The notes under the pieces are model-generated. The model did not search any database and was not told the origin of the DNA. It was given only the letters and a program-made list of their open reading frames with translations. A stretch of DNA of 64,000 nt from IMG/VR virus record IMGVR_UViG_3300037067_009972; one strand, 5' to 3'. Below are positions 26,998-37,235 of the stretch, piece after piece. The stretch's first letter is position 1; each line of letters opens with the position of its first letter. Origin of the DNA: an uncultured virus (IMG/VR IMGVR_UViG_3300037067_009972). Its lineage: Duplodnaviria; Heunggongvirae; Uroviricota; Caudoviricetes. The position numbers and the translations under genes are program-made.

Positions 26998-27187
26998 TAG
27001 GCACTAAAAGCAAATAAAAGTCCTTATTTATCAAATCCATCAAAGCTTTAACTTTGGGATTTTCTTCTTCGTATATATCCATTTCTAATCTCCATAGATG
27101 CTGAGATTTCATATATTTCAAACCAACCATATTTACTTTTATGGTTTTGTCTTGAACAACTTCGTCAAGTTTTTCCTCTGGTTCCAT
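26984..27187 (-). CDS. hypothetical protein
   Basis: 67 aa, AGGAG RBS. Confidence 0.6.
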   Translation of the reverse strand: MEPEEKLDEVVQDKTIKVNMVGLKYMKSQHLWRLEMDIYEEENPKVKALMDLINKDFYLLLVPIDNK

Positions 27188-29064
27188 AGTCCTACTCCTG
27201 CTCCGGTAGCGATATCTCCCACTACTCCTGCTGTTATTCCTTTACTTACATTCTTTTTAAATTCCTCTTTATTTGTAGAAGTCGCTGCTGTAATACCAGC
27301 CCCCATTACCGGACCTATTACCAAAGAAGGAAGAATATATTCTTTATTTATTTTTTTCAAATCTAACGCAGCGTATCTTGTCCAGTTAGTCATAGTATCC
27401 CCCAAAACTGGTATACTGTCTTCAGTGTTAAATTGGTAAGGATCATCTTTTGGTAAGCGTACCTCAGGTATCTTTGATATTGCTAAAGTTGCATCTGGTT
27501 TATCCATAATTTTTTTACGAATAACTTTATTAGCAACAGCTATTTTGGTTCTAGGCCATGATTCACTACGTATGTCTTTAAACACTGGAACTCTAAGTGC
27601 GCCCGATGGTAGTTTCTCTTGTGATATAACCCGTGCCACAAGACCTGTAAATTGTCGTGGATCGTTAAACATTTGTTCCCTCATTTGATCATTAAAACCG
27701 CTACCTACTCGTCCAATAACCTTATTGCTGCCTTTATGTGAATAAGTAAATCCGCCGGCTCCCCGCCCTTTATACTTTCCTTCCCCCGGAAATATATCCC
27801 GTATACGTACGTCATAATCGTTAAATATCTTAGCTTTAGTCGGAACTGGCTTATCTAAATTATAAATTACTACGCCTTCTTGAGATAAAGGATGTATACC
27901 GGCACTTACTTCTGATATTAGTTGTTGTTTATCATTTATATTTGTTGCTAATGGGGGCATCTTAAGCTCAGGCACCTCACGTGTAATAGCCTGTAAAATC
28001 TTTAATTTCTCTGCATAAGGTTTTTTGCTTACATCATGACCTTGATAGCGTACAACATCGAAAACAATATTGTCTATCGGAGCTGTTTTTTGAAGTTCTC
28101 TAGAACGCCAAACATTAGATAAAAGTCTAGAAGATGTGTCTCTGTTTGATAAGACCCTACCCGATGTAGTATCACGTGCAAATAATTCTCCCAATAATAC
28201 TGTACTACCACGCATCGATTCTGGAGTTTTTGTTTTATATAGTTCAGTCCTAAATGAATGTTCAATTAACTTGGAAGGACCTTTCTTACTTGGACGATAT
28301 GAATATACCTCAATAGGTTTACCTTTTCGTAGTAAGAAAGCATTCATTGCACCATCAACTTTTGGAGCCAAAATCTGTGCTGAGTTATTTACGTCTATTG
28401 TTTTAGGTGACACACTTTGAAACTTAGGTTTTGTTATATTTATTTCTGGGCGAGTTTTCTTTGACGGCGTAGTGTTGAAAAACAACCAATCGTCGCCACC
28501 CGTATGTACTAATGTATAATGTTCAGTATCACCGTTTGTTTTATAAACATTAAATGTTATATGATCTGCAGTACTCTTTGTTACTTCGACTTTATCCGAA
28601 CTAAACAAACTTACATTGCCCGCACCATACCCAGATGCGATGTTTCCTTCCCAAGTTGAGTAATCTACCGTATGGTCGGGTTGATGTACTGCCAACACTT
28701 TTTCTCCGGGAGAACTAGGTAAATTTCGTGTAGCCCAACTATGTGCTATCCCAGAACTAGGATCCACAAGACGAAGATCGAAATGGGTGCCAGCATGTTT
28801 TGCTTTATGTTTCTGAATATTAAAAGACCATAATTCAGCTGTTGTTAATTCACGTGGTTTCGTCTTAATAGAACGACTGGGTATTCCTAAGATTTCAGAC
28901 GCTATTTTAGCAAAACCTAGATAGTGTAACGAAGCAGTTTTGTGTTTAAAATATTCAACTTGTTGAAGACGGTGAAACGCCTCTTCTCTTGTTTTATAGG
29001 GACCACCCAAATTTTTTCCATGCTCAGATTTAACATGATATCCGGATTTATCTTGTGTGATCAT
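27139..29064 (-). CDS. ATP-dependent DNA ligase with LigD-type 3'-phosphoesterase domain and N/C-terminal extensions
   Basis: QKH.A...HFDLRL...SWA, LAV...DH...Y..WEG.I..GYGAG (PE domain); KVDG, GE, FDV, EGVV, VGSGF, LR.PVF (ligase). Confidence 0.9.
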   Translation of the reverse strand: MITQDKSGYHVKSEHGKNLGGPYKTREEAFHRLQQVEYFKHKTASLHYLGFAKIASEILGIPSRSIKTKPRELTTAELWSFNIQKHKAKHAGTHFDLRLVDPSSGIAHSWATRNLPSSPGEKVLAVHQPDHTVDYSTWEGNIASGYGAGNVSLFSSDKVEVTKSTADHITFNVYKTNGDTEHYTLVHTGGDDWLFFNTTPSKKTRPEINITKPKFQSVSPKTIDVNNSAQILAPKVDGAMNAFLLRKGKPIEVYSYRPSKKGPSKLIEHSFRTELYKTKTPESMRGSTVLLGELFARDTTSGRVLSNRDTSSRLLSNVWRSRELQKTAPIDNIVFDVVRYQGHDVSKKPYAEKLKILQAITREVPELKMPPLATNINDKQQLISEVSAGIHPLSQEGVVIYNLDKPVPTKAKIFNDYDVRIRDIFPGEGKYKGRGAGGFTYSHKGSNKVIGRVGSGFNDQMREQMFNDPRQFTGLVARVISQEKLPSGALRVPVFKDIRSESWPRTKIAVANKVIRKKIMDKPDATLAISKIPEVRLPKDDPYQFNTEDSIPVLGDTMTNWTRYAALDLKKINKEYILPSLVIGPVMGAGITAATSTNKEEFKKNVSKGITAGVVGDIATGAGVGLWNQRKNLTKLFKTKP

Positions 29065-30422
29065 AACTGATTTAAAAATTCCTGATTAAGTTTTTGCTTT
29101 TTGTCTGATAATGTCTTTAAATATTGATCCACAGATTTAGGACGTTCAGTAGTCTTAAAAAACAATCCAGTAGTCTTCTGCGGTAATAATGAATTATATC
29201 TATAAACATTTACTGTACGATCTTCTGGTTTAAGTGCTGAATGTGAACCAAACCGTACACTTCGACCAACAACCTGGTCAATTTTTGCTTCATTCCAATG
29301 AGGCTCTAATATATGAACAGAGCGAGTCTTCTTCAAATCTAAACCCTCACCGCCCGAACTAGATACTATTAACGAACGTATTTTTCCTTTATTATAATCA
29401 CTCACTAATTTTTTACGTTCAAGATCTTTCATTTTTCCAGTATAAATCGCATGTGGAACTTTAGCTGCAGTTAATAATTCAGACATTGGGTGTACACCAG
29501 CCGCTAAATAATTACTATATATCAAAGACTGTCCTGGTGTATCTCTTACAATTTTTGCAGCCGATAACAATTTTGGTGAATATCTTTTTACATCATCCTT
29601 GTAAAACTTTTCGCTCGTATTACTAATTTGACGTGTTGCGCTTAGAAAAGCATTAAGTTTGCTTACATCTTTATGCTCAACTGGTAATTGTTCTGCAATT
29701 CGTTTTCGTATAGTCGCAGGTAATTTTTTTTCCAATGCCGAATATACACCTGCCTGTGTTTTACTCATCTCTATGTCAACATTTGTATTTTTGACGATAG
29801 GGGTATTTGGATCATTTTTCGGTTTATAGGTATCAACATACGGTCTAACCTTTTCTCGAAATTCCGAAACATTCTTTATGTGTTTTTCATCGATCTTCCT
29901 AAACCCAAGATATTTTAATAAACCTGGATCCCAATATTGATGTTGAATATACTTAGCATTAAACTCTTTTTCTGACGTAGGCAGTACACGTTTACCAGCA
30001 GCAGTATTTACAAGAGGTGCAATTTCGTGTGGTTTATTTTGTATAGGTGTACCGGTCAACAACAGTACTTTATTTGCCTTACTTGTGGACATTTGAGCTG
30101 CTTGGCTTCTGGCGCTTTTGCTGGTTCTAATTCTATGTGCTTCGTCATATATAACAGCCTTTCCAGTAAGATCCGGTTTACGTTTAGTAAACGATTCGTA
30201 AGATCCCACATCAAAATCGGTTTTTGGCTTATACGATTTTAGTTCTTTTTTAAAGTTTTCACGTAACCCAGCCGGTGTTACAACTTCAGTACGATTACCG
30301 GTAGATTCTGCAGCCGCAATAGCTCCAATAGTTTTTCCCGAACCTAAACTCCAATTCAGTATTAACCCATGTTTTCCTTGTATTTTCTTCTTTAATTCTT
30401 CTTGATGTGGTAATAGATCCAT
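29061..30422 (-). CDS. SNF2-family helicase/ATPase
   Basis: LGSGKT, DEAH, LTGTPIQN, GGEGLDL, Q..GR..R. Confidence 0.92.
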   Translation of the reverse strand: MDLLPHQEELKKKIQGKHGLILNWSLGSGKTIGAIAAAESTGNRTEVVTPAGLRENFKKELKSYKPKTDFDVGSYESFTKRKPDLTGKAVIYDEAHRIRTSKSARSQAAQMSTSKANKVLLLTGTPIQNKPHEIAPLVNTAAGKRVLPTSEKEFNAKYIQHQYWDPGLLKYLGFRKIDEKHIKNVSEFREKVRPYVDTYKPKNDPNTPIVKNTNVDIEMSKTQAGVYSALEKKLPATIRKRIAEQLPVEHKDVSKLNAFLSATRQISNTSEKFYKDDVKRYSPKLLSAAKIVRDTPGQSLIYSNYLAAGVHPMSELLTAAKVPHAIYTGKMKDLERKKLVSDYNKGKIRSLIVSSSGGEGLDLKKTRSVHILEPHWNEAKIDQVVGRSVRFGSHSALKPEDRTVNVYRYNSLLPQKTTGLFFKTTERPKSVDQYLKTLSDKKQKLNQEFLNQL

Positions 30423-30428
30423 AGTATT

Positions 30429-30457
30429 ATATTACCAAAATTAGGCGATTAATGCAA
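30429..30457 (-). promoter_or_regulatory. sigma70-type promoter
   Basis: TTGCAT-17 nt-TAATAT upstream of the helicase. Confidence 0.5.
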
Positions 30458-31465
30458 GATGCTTCGCCAGTAACCTAATAAATCTTCTGCTATATTGTCC
30501 ATGGTTTTTAAAGGAATCCAACCAGTAAGCGTTTTAAATTTAGTGCAGTCTGGTATCTGAAGTGTTATATCTGTAGGGCGTATTCTACCCTGCACCACCT
30601 CAACTGAAAATAATTCTTTTGGAATAACACTTTTACCGATTAATATTTCTAAGGCTTCTCCCACAGTACAAGTAAAATCACCGCCTATGTTGTATATTTC
30701 ACCGGGTACACCTTTTGTTGCTATCAACCAATACGCACGTATTGCATCATCCAAATGAGCGTATGTGCGTACTGAATTCAAATTTCCTACATTTATAACA
30801 TATTTTGTAGCAACTGGAGCCGAATTATATAGTTTCTCGTTTTTCACTATTTGATATGCAAAGGCAGAAAGAGCAAACTGGCGCCCACGACGTTTGCCTT
30901 CATGCGAAAATAATCTCGTTGTAATTACTTTTAATCCATACGCCTGGTAATAATACTGGCCCATAAGATCTTGGCCAACCTTACTTATAGAATAAGGATT
31001 AGCTGCACGTATAGGATTTGTTTCCTTTATAGGGATTTCTTCTGGAAGTGGATTGCCATATACTTCACTTGAAGAACAGTTTATTATTACTGGATCAATA
31101 CCGAAATTTTCTTTGGCAATCTTTAATTCATCCAATAAATTTGTTGTGCCAATAACATTAGTAGACAATGTCGCTACCGGGCTAAAGAAACTTGCCATAG
31201 GATAAGATTGTGCTGCAAAATGGAATACTATATCTGGTTTACATTGCTTTATAATATTAGCAAGACTTCCTCTATCAAGTAAATCTACTTCAACAAATAT
31301 GACTTGCTCATTGTCATAAAGATGTATAATATTCCGATCATCGCTTCTCCACCTACGTGATGCATATATTTTTACATCGGGTACATTAGCTAATAAATAA
31401 TCGCACATGGTAGAACCAACCATACCCGTGACACCTGTTAATAATATATTCATACGGCTTTCCAT
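30449..31465 (-). CDS. gmd: GDP-mannose 4,6-dehydratase / GDP-4-keto-6-deoxymannose reductase family SDR
   Basis: TGVTGMVGS, HFAAQS, SSSEVYG, PYSISK, VGNLNSVR, RPTD. Confidence 0.82.
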   Translation of the reverse strand: MESRMNILLTGVTGMVGSTMCDYLLANVPDVKIYASRRWRSDDRNIIHLYDNEQVIFVEVDLLDRGSLANIIKQCKPDIVFHFAAQSYPMASFFSPVATLSTNVIGTTNLLDELKIAKENFGIDPVIINCSSSEVYGNPLPEEIPIKETNPIRAANPYSISKVGQDLMGQYYYQAYGLKVITTRLFSHEGKRRGRQFALSAFAYQIVKNEKLYNSAPVATKYVINVGNLNSVRTYAHLDDAIRAYWLIATKGVPGEIYNIGGDFTCTVGEALEILIGKSVIPKELFSVEVVQGRIRPTDITLQIPDCTKFKTLTGWIPLKTMDNIAEDLLGYWRSILH

Positions 31466-31986
31466 CCATTTGAACTTAACGAATCTGCATTGGCGTCACG
31501 TTCAGATAAAATGGGATTTTTTATAGGCCAGTAAACATCTAATAGCGGCTCATCCCAAGAAATCGTAAACTGTTTTGGGTTACCATAATAAGTGGTTTGC
31601 TTATAATAATATACCACATCATCTGTTAGAGCCAATATAGCATTACCGAACCCAGGGGGTATAAGAAGTTGTTTATGATCTTTTGCATTAATTATAAAAG
31701 CTTGCCATTGCATATAGGTGGTGCTATTTTCATTAAGGTCAACGATTACTTGATATACTTCTCCAGAAACAACTTGTATTAGTTTCCAAGTTTCCTTATC
31801 TCCATGAAAACCCCGAAGGACATCTTTACGTGAAGTTGAAAAACTATCCTGTATAAAAGGTGCCTTTATATCTAAACATTTATAGAGATTTTCATTAAAT
31901 GTCTCTACATAGTCGCCCCGAAAATCTCGGAAAAAAGGTATTTCTATTATTTTGGCTTTCTCAAATTTTGTTGATTGAATTTTCAT
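31450..31986 (-). CDS. rfbC: dTDP-4-dehydrorhamnose 3,5-epimerase family
   Basis: F.D.RG, QD..S.S...VLRGFH, IPPGFGN, ILSERD. Confidence 0.9.
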   Translation of the reverse strand: MKIQSTKFEKAKIIEIPFFRDFRGDYVETFNENLYKCLDIKAPFIQDSFSTSRKDVLRGFHGDKETWKLIQVVSGEVYQVIVDLNENSTTYMQWQAFIINAKDHKQLLIPPGFGNAILALTDDVVYYYKQTTYYGNPKQFTISWDEPLLDVYWPIKNPILSERDANADSLSSNGWKAV

Positions 31987-32869
31987 ATATGTCCTTTATT
32001 AATTTCACAATTTTTTCGGCGCTAGGTGGTAAGTTATCTTTTCCCGGACAAGCACCTGCTGTCTTTTCTTCGATGCCTAGTGCTCGCACATTTTTTCCTG
32101 ACTTTAACATTAATTCATAAGCTATTTGTTTAGCAATACCGTTTGGGTAATCATCATCAAGTACGAGACCTCCAAATTTAGAACGGGCCAATCTTTCGAT
32201 TTGCGAATCTGTTATCCTATTAGGAGTAATCCAAAATTGATGATAAATATCTACTTTAATTCCTAACTCATGCAATTTTTGTTTTACCTCACTCATTTCC
32301 ATTCGTGTAATAGAAAATGGAAATAATACAAAATCAGGTTCTCCATTACAAATAGTACTAACATACTCTCCAACAGTATCAAAACTCTTGCGATGTTCTG
32401 ATACATACATCGGGACATCGTTTTCCATAAAATTGTTATATACTTCAGTATATTCATTTGATGTCATGGGCGCAGCAATATTAACTCCAGGCATACGATA
32501 GTAAATTCCATGATGAGAAGAACCTGCCGTTGGACCTACCCCGCCTTCAGCGGCTAACGATCTTATAAATACCGGAACACCTCGGCCCCAAAGTTCTTTT
32601 GATTTCGCGGCATAGTTAGTAAAAAATATTGAGTTGAACCAGTTAAATCCCTGATAACGTATAATGAACATAGGTCGTTTTCCTACCAACGCAGCACCCA
32701 CAGCAAATCCACTGTTCATGATATCGCACATAGGTAGTTCAATAAGTTCGGGCATATCGGGAACAGTGCCATTTACCCAACCAACCGCAGTTAAATTCAT
32801 ACCCATGCACATAAAACCTTGTTCTATGTGTCTTTTAGTTATTGTTTTTATTTTTTCTCTTAATGTCAT
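31961..32869 (-). CDS. TPP-dependent E1 beta-like (transketolase C-terminal) subunit
   Basis: GFAVGAAL.G.RP, N.AAK, GPTAGSSH, PG....P, EHR. Confidence 0.85.
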   Translation of the reverse strand: MTLREKIKTITKRHIEQGFMCMGMNLTAVGWVNGTVPDMPELIELPMCDIMNSGFAVGAALVGKRPMFIIRYQGFNWFNSIFFTNYAAKSKELWGRGVPVFIRSLAAEGGVGPTAGSSHHGIYYRMPGVNIAAPMTSNEYTEVYNNFMENDVPMYVSEHRKSFDTVGEYVSTICNGEPDFVLFPFSITRMEMSEVKQKLHELGIKVDIYHQFWITPNRITDSQIERLARSKFGGLVLDDDYPNGIAKQIAYELMLKSGKNVRALGIEEKTAGACPGKDNLPPSAEKIVKLIKDIYENSINKI

Positions 32870-33386
32870 AATTTTTATAAAATAAGTATAATTTTTTACG
32901 TTCTAATTGAGAGGAGTCTCTTTTTAAATTATTTGCTCTCCAAGAAACTACCAATACGTTATCTTTAATATATCCTTTAGTGTTATCAATTCTGTCAATA
33001 GAAGGAGAGGTATCAGAGGCATGTTTATTTGATACCCTTATTGGTATTCCTAAAACTGGACAAATTTTTGGTATTTGTAAATCTTCTACTGTAAGATTAA
33101 AAAATAACTTTTTCTTTAAAGCTCTAGCTTTACAATCAGCTAATAAAAATCTCTCTGGGGCAGTTCTCCGAGCTAATCTTCTTTTTTTATTAATACTGTT
33201 TTTATATTTTTCTCTAAAAATACGTTCGTATTGTACACGCTTACCACGATTTTTAGAATACCATCGTCTCCATAGTTTATTTTTACAATTTAAACAAATA
33301 TGTAAACTTTTTCCGTGAAGTTTAGGAAATTCTTTTAAAGCTTTTTTCAATTTACATTTAACACACATTTTAGCTGTTCTTGCCAT
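32835..33386 (-). CDS. HNH-type homing endonuclease
   Basis: CxxC..CxxC; CPVLG, PSIDRIDNTKGY...NV...S..AN..K. Confidence 0.85.
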   Translation of the reverse strand: MARTAKMCVKCKLKKALKEFPKLHGKSLHICLNCKNKLWRRWYSKNRGKRVQYERIFREKYKNSINKKRRLARRTAPERFLLADCKARALKKKLFFNLTVEDLQIPKICPVLGIPIRVSNKHASDTSPSIDRIDNTKGYIKDNVLVVSWRANNLKRDSSQLERKKLYLFYKNYDIKRKNKNNN

Positions 33387-34186
33387 TTTTCCTCAACATA
33401 TTTTTTTGACTCTTCGTGCATTATTTCAGCTTCTATGCCTAAAGTTTTCATTTCTATTTCGTAACGATCACGTTTTATATAGTCATCAATTCCGCTCCCA
33501 GCGTGATAATATAATCTTTCTGTATGTATGTTTAATAGAAGAGGAAGTGTTGCATTTTTATCTAATATTTGTTTAATTTCAAGTGGATCGTCCTCCACAC
33601 TGATGGCTTTTAAACCGAACCCTTTGGCGACCTCTACAATATCCCAGCTTCTACGAATTTTCTTTTCAGTTAATACCGACAGGTTGTTATCTTCTACAAC
33701 AAACAATAGCGGGACCTGCTTGGTGGCGGCCCACCCCAACGAAGCAAGAACATAATCCTCTTCTGCTGCTGCATCCCCTAAAAACGTGATGCCAAATTTT
33801 TGTGATGCAAAAGTTGCTCCAACAGCGATAGGTACTTGTGTGCCAATAAAACCATCGTGCCCAAACATGTTTATACCGGGGCCTTGTATAGAAGGAGAAC
33901 CACCCATACCACGTGAGTTTCCGGTTTCTAGCCCCAACAATTCATCTATTAACGCTATTATATCACCACCAAAACTTAGGTATGTAGAATGTGCGCGATG
34001 CTGCGCAAATATCATAGGAGATTTACCACCATAAATAGTTGCTAATGTTGCAGGTATAAATTCTTGCCCTGCAGATAAATAGAAGAAGGATTTTATTTTT
34101 TTATCTTTCCCATATTTAAACACAGTGTCTTCAAAATTTCTGCATAGAGCTGCTTTTTTAAATACATCCAAGCGGAAGTTCGACAT
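33347..34186 (-). CDS. TPP-dependent E1 alpha-like subunit
   Basis: YLSAGQE, HR.H, GMGGS, GDAA...EDNN TPP-binding motif. Confidence 0.9.
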   Translation of the reverse strand: MSNFRLDVFKKAALCRNFEDTVFKYGKDKKIKSFFYLSAGQEFIPATLATIYGGKSPMIFAQHRAHSTYLSFGGDIIALIDELLGLETGNSRGMGGSPSIQGPGINMFGHDGFIGTQVPIAVGATFASQKFGITFLGDAAAEEDYVLASLGWAATKQVPLLFVVEDNNLSVLTEKKIRRSWDIVEVAKGFGLKAISVEDDPLEIKQILDKNATLPLLLNIHTERLYYHAGSGIDDYIKRDRYEIEMKTLGIEAEIMHEESKKYVEEKWQEQLKCVLNVN

Positions 34187-34664
34187 CTAAAATATCTCTC
34201 CAATCTTTAAAAGAATTTCTGTTAAGCACGTCTATAGAAAGTGAATGTTCCTGTCTTACTTTCTTTAGAATCTCTATATCATCGTCGATATATAAAGTTT
34301 TCTCGTACGGTTTAATTAAAGACGCCTTGTTTTGCGTCTTGTATACTATTATTTTTTGATAGGTAAATAATTGATAAATTTCATATAACTTCATAATCTC
34401 GATAGAAGGTTGCGCATCAATTGGTGTGTTTTCTAAACCTCCAATACTTGCGAACCCTAATTTCTTGTTTAATAAACTTAATATATTTAATACCTCTTTT
34501 ATACCTGGATGAAAAACTATATAGTCATCATTTACATCACGTACGGTGTCATTGATTAGTGTATATGGTTTAACTAAGCACTTTGCCCAAAATTGCGGGC
34601 GGCACCCTTCCCATATAGTATAATCTAAATCAAATATTATGGTATCGTATTGTAATAGTTTCAT
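34158..34664 (-). CDS. HAD-family phosphatase (MDP-1-like)
   Basis: IFDLDYTIW and YIDD motifs. Confidence 0.8.
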   Translation of the reverse strand: MKLLQYDTIIFDLDYTIWEGCRPQFWAKCLVKPYTLINDTVRDVNDDYIVFHPGIKEVLNILSLLNKKLGFASIGGLENTPIDAQPSIEIMKLYEIYQLFTYQKIIVYKTQNKASLIKPYEKTLYIDDDIEILKKVRQEHSLSIDVLNRNSFKDWRDILDVELPLGCI

Positions 34665-35320
34665 TTTTTCTCGATAATTAAAGCTACACCGTCATCTATC
34701 AAATCAAAATCATTTAGAAGTACACGTACTACTTTAACTTTAATAGTATCTCCGACTTTAGATATACTAAACTTTTTATCTCGTGTAACAATCCCTACGG
34801 GGCTAAGAATAACTATAATAGTCTCCTCGTGCAAAGCATTTAATAACTGACGAGTTAAAATCTGTACACTAAAAATATAATTAGCATACTCTTTACGTTC
34901 CCCTACAATGTAATCTATCCATAATTCATGATCCGTTTTAGATACACACTTATCCGCTGTTTCATATCGCATACCTTTACGTCCATAAGCATCTTCCATA
35001 CGCACTAAGTTTTCTTTGTTTCGTGGTGTTTCGATTTCTATAACATCCACACCATCACGTGCTTGCGCACAAGTACTATGAAATACACCTTCTCTTATCA
35101 TGATTTTCGAGTAAGTAGGCATTGGTATATCATTACTTAAAAATGATACTGTTCCTTGTCCTGTCAACATTATTAAACCAGTTTTTTTATCAGGGTGGCA
35201 ATGAAGAGATGTACGCTGACCATCATTAATATGTAGTAGCCATATACCGAGATAATCGTTTTCAAATATTAAATATTCATATCCCCAAGGTTTAGGGACA
35301 ATGTACTGTTTATAATCCAT
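34661..35320 (-). CDS. cupin protein (mannose-6-phosphate isomerase type II-like)
   Basis: KPWGYE, TSLHCH..K, FHS, DAYGR. Confidence 0.8.
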   Translation of the reverse strand: MDYKQYIVPKPWGYEYLIFENDYLGIWLLHINDGQRTSLHCHPDKKTGLIMLTGQGTVSFLSNDIPMPTYSKIMIREGVFHSTCAQARDGVDVIEIETPRNKENLVRMEDAYGRKGMRYETADKCVSKTDHELWIDYIVGERKEYANYIFSVQILTRQLLNALHEETIIVILSPVGIVTRDKKFSISKVGDTIKVKVVRVLLNDFDLIDDGVALIIEKK

Positions 35321-35858
35321 TTATATAGTATACTCTTAAGACTTCTTTCATCCAAGGACCCATGTGTTTATAGTGTGGAGATGAGATAATATTAGAATCT
35401 ACGATGTAAGGTGAATCTAAATAAATACCGCCGGCATTAATAATATCATCTTTAATACTGTAATATCCAGAGATAACTCGGCCCTTTACTATATTGGCTG
35501 ATATCAAAAGTTGTGCCCCATGGCAAATCGATGCAATGACACCATCTCTACAACTATAATTCCGAATGAACTCCAGTGCTTTTTTATCTTGTCGTAATTT
35601 CTCTAGTGCTTTTACTCCACCCGGTAAAACTAATAAGTCATAATCTACTATCTTTAAATCTACTATACCGATTGAAGCCTTAAATTTTGTTCCAAATAAT
35701 CCTACTATATTTCTATCCTGCGTATTATCTACGCCGGTTACTAAATCTGTAGCAAAATCTACAGTGAACTCCTCTTCTAGTAATCTATAATAAGGATAAA
35801 TAACTTCTTGATCCTGAAACCCACTCCATGTTATAATTACTGCCCGTTTTTTCTGCAT
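35310..35858 (-). CDS. DJ-1/PfpI family protein
   Basis: GFQDQE..YP, LPGG, SICHG. Confidence 0.9.
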   Translation of the reverse strand: MQKKRAVIITWSGFQDQEVIYPYYRLLEEEFTVDFATDLVTGVDNTQDRNIVGLFGTKFKASIGIVDLKIVDYDLLVLPGGVKALEKLRQDKKALEFIRNYSCRDGVIASICHGAQLLISANIVKGRVISGYYSIKDDIINAGGIYLDSPYIVDSNIISSPHYKHMGPWMKEVLRVYYINGL

Positions 35859-36277
35859 AGGTATTTTCCGTTATTAAAATTTTTAGTGCAAGTTCTAACT
35901 GACCGTGGCATATTAGTAGGGTACTTAGTAAAAAATTTCCCTGTTTTAGGAATGCCTTTAACTTTAGTTAAAAATACTAATGACACGGCATGTTGCCTTG
36001 AATCGTATGTTTTCCAATCGTAATATCCCGCAAATTGTATATCACAAATATGCAAACCACTCTCTGCTATATGTCGTCGAAGACATTTAATGATGTTTTC
36101 ATGCTTACGCAAACGACCGCCTATAAGAGTCCACTTTTGGTTATGTGGGATTTCTTTACGATACTGTAAAAATAATTCGCCTTCATCGTTGTACATGATG
36201 GCATCTATATTAAGTATCGGAACGGATTCACGAATCTTTTTATACAGTGTAGCAGAGAGATAGTTTGTATTACGCAT
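35837..36277 (-). CDS. NUDIX hydrolase (GDP-mannose mannosyl hydrolase-like)
   Basis: W...GGR....E......R...ESG NUDIX-like box. Confidence 0.75.
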   Translation of the reverse strand: MRNTNYLSATLYKKIRESVPILNIDAIMYNDEGELFLQYRKEIPHNQKWTLIGGRLRKHENIIKCLRRHIAESGLHICDIQFAGYYDWKTYDSRQHAVSLVFLTKVKGIPKTGKFFTKYPTNMPRSVRTCTKNFNNGKYLCRKNGQ

Positions 36278-37232
36278 TTAATTTATTTTCCACATACCAG
36301 TCCATTGTTTTCTTCATACCTACTTCCAATGAAGTAGGCGCGGTCCAACCTAAAATTTCTTTTGCTTTTTCTACATCTAACAGTCTATATGGCAACATTA
36401 CTGGTTTTGTCGTGTCATAAACAATTGCTGGAGTATACCCGCTTAATCTAGTAATAACTTCTACCAATTGTGCAATAGTTGTTTTCACTCCGGTGGCTAT
36501 ATTAATAGGGTCAGCGTTAGGATATTTTTCCACAGTTGTTAGCAAACCATCTATTAAGTCGTCTATATAAACATAATCGCGTACTTGGGTGCCATCTCCC
36601 CACACAATAAAGGGGTCTTCCCGACGAAAAGCTCTCATAATTAAATCCGGCACTACATGATTCTTTGCAGAATCAAATGCATCATTTGGTCCATAAAGTG
36701 CTGCAGTTCTAACCATACCGAACTTAGTTTTAGAAATAGTTTGATAATACATGCAAACCTGCTCAGTATAGCGTTTCATCCATCCTACTCCTCTATATAC
36801 TTTATGAGGAGTTCCATTAAAACATTCACTTTCTTTAATAGGATATTCAGCCTCTGGGTATGCAGTAGAACTTCCTACAAAACTAAACCGATCAACACCT
36901 TCCTCGCATGCTGCTTCTGCAAGATACATAAAGGGTATTAGGTTATTTGTGACCAAGGGCATTGGAGTTGCCGTTTGACCCTTTGCTCCACGTATATACG
37001 CTACACAATTAAAAACAATTTCTTGACCCTTAACCGCTTCTGCACAATCTGCTTTCTTCATAAAATCATATTTACGTACTTCTAGATTAGGGTGAACAAT
37101 ATCGTATGTATCTTGATTATGTATTGTCGTTAATACATGTGCACCCTCAGCTAACAATCTACGTACAGCGGCATGACCACTAATACCTCCGCCGCCTGCA
37201 ACCAACACTTTTTTATCGGTATAAAATCCCAT
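36270..37232 (-). CDS. NAD-dependent epimerase/reductase (GDP-L-fucose synthase-like)
   Basis: AGGGGISG, GWMK, YGP.D.F, HV.P, VWGDG...RD. Confidence 0.85.
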   Translation of the reverse strand: MGFYTDKKVLVAGGGGISGHAAVRRLLAEGAHVLTTIHNQDTYDIVHPNLEVRKYDFMKKADCAEAVKGQEIVFNCVAYIRGAKGQTATPMPLVTNNLIPFMYLAEAACEEGVDRFSFVGSSTAYPEAEYPIKESECFNGTPHKVYRGVGWMKRYTEQVCMYYQTISKTKFGMVRTAALYGPNDAFDSAKNHVVPDLIMRAFRREDPFIVWGDGTQVRDYVYIDDLIDGLLTTVEKYPNADPINIATGVKTTIAQLVEVITRLSGYTPAIVYDTTKPVMLPYRLLDVEKAKEILGWTAPTSLEVGMKKTMDWYVENKLNA

Positions 37233-37235
37233 TTT

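Noticed and set aside
31961..34186. Pyruvate dehydrogenase as an energy-metabolism auxiliary gene
   Set aside because: No E2/E3 subunits are present and the genes sit among NDP-sugar enzymes, so sugar branching fits better.
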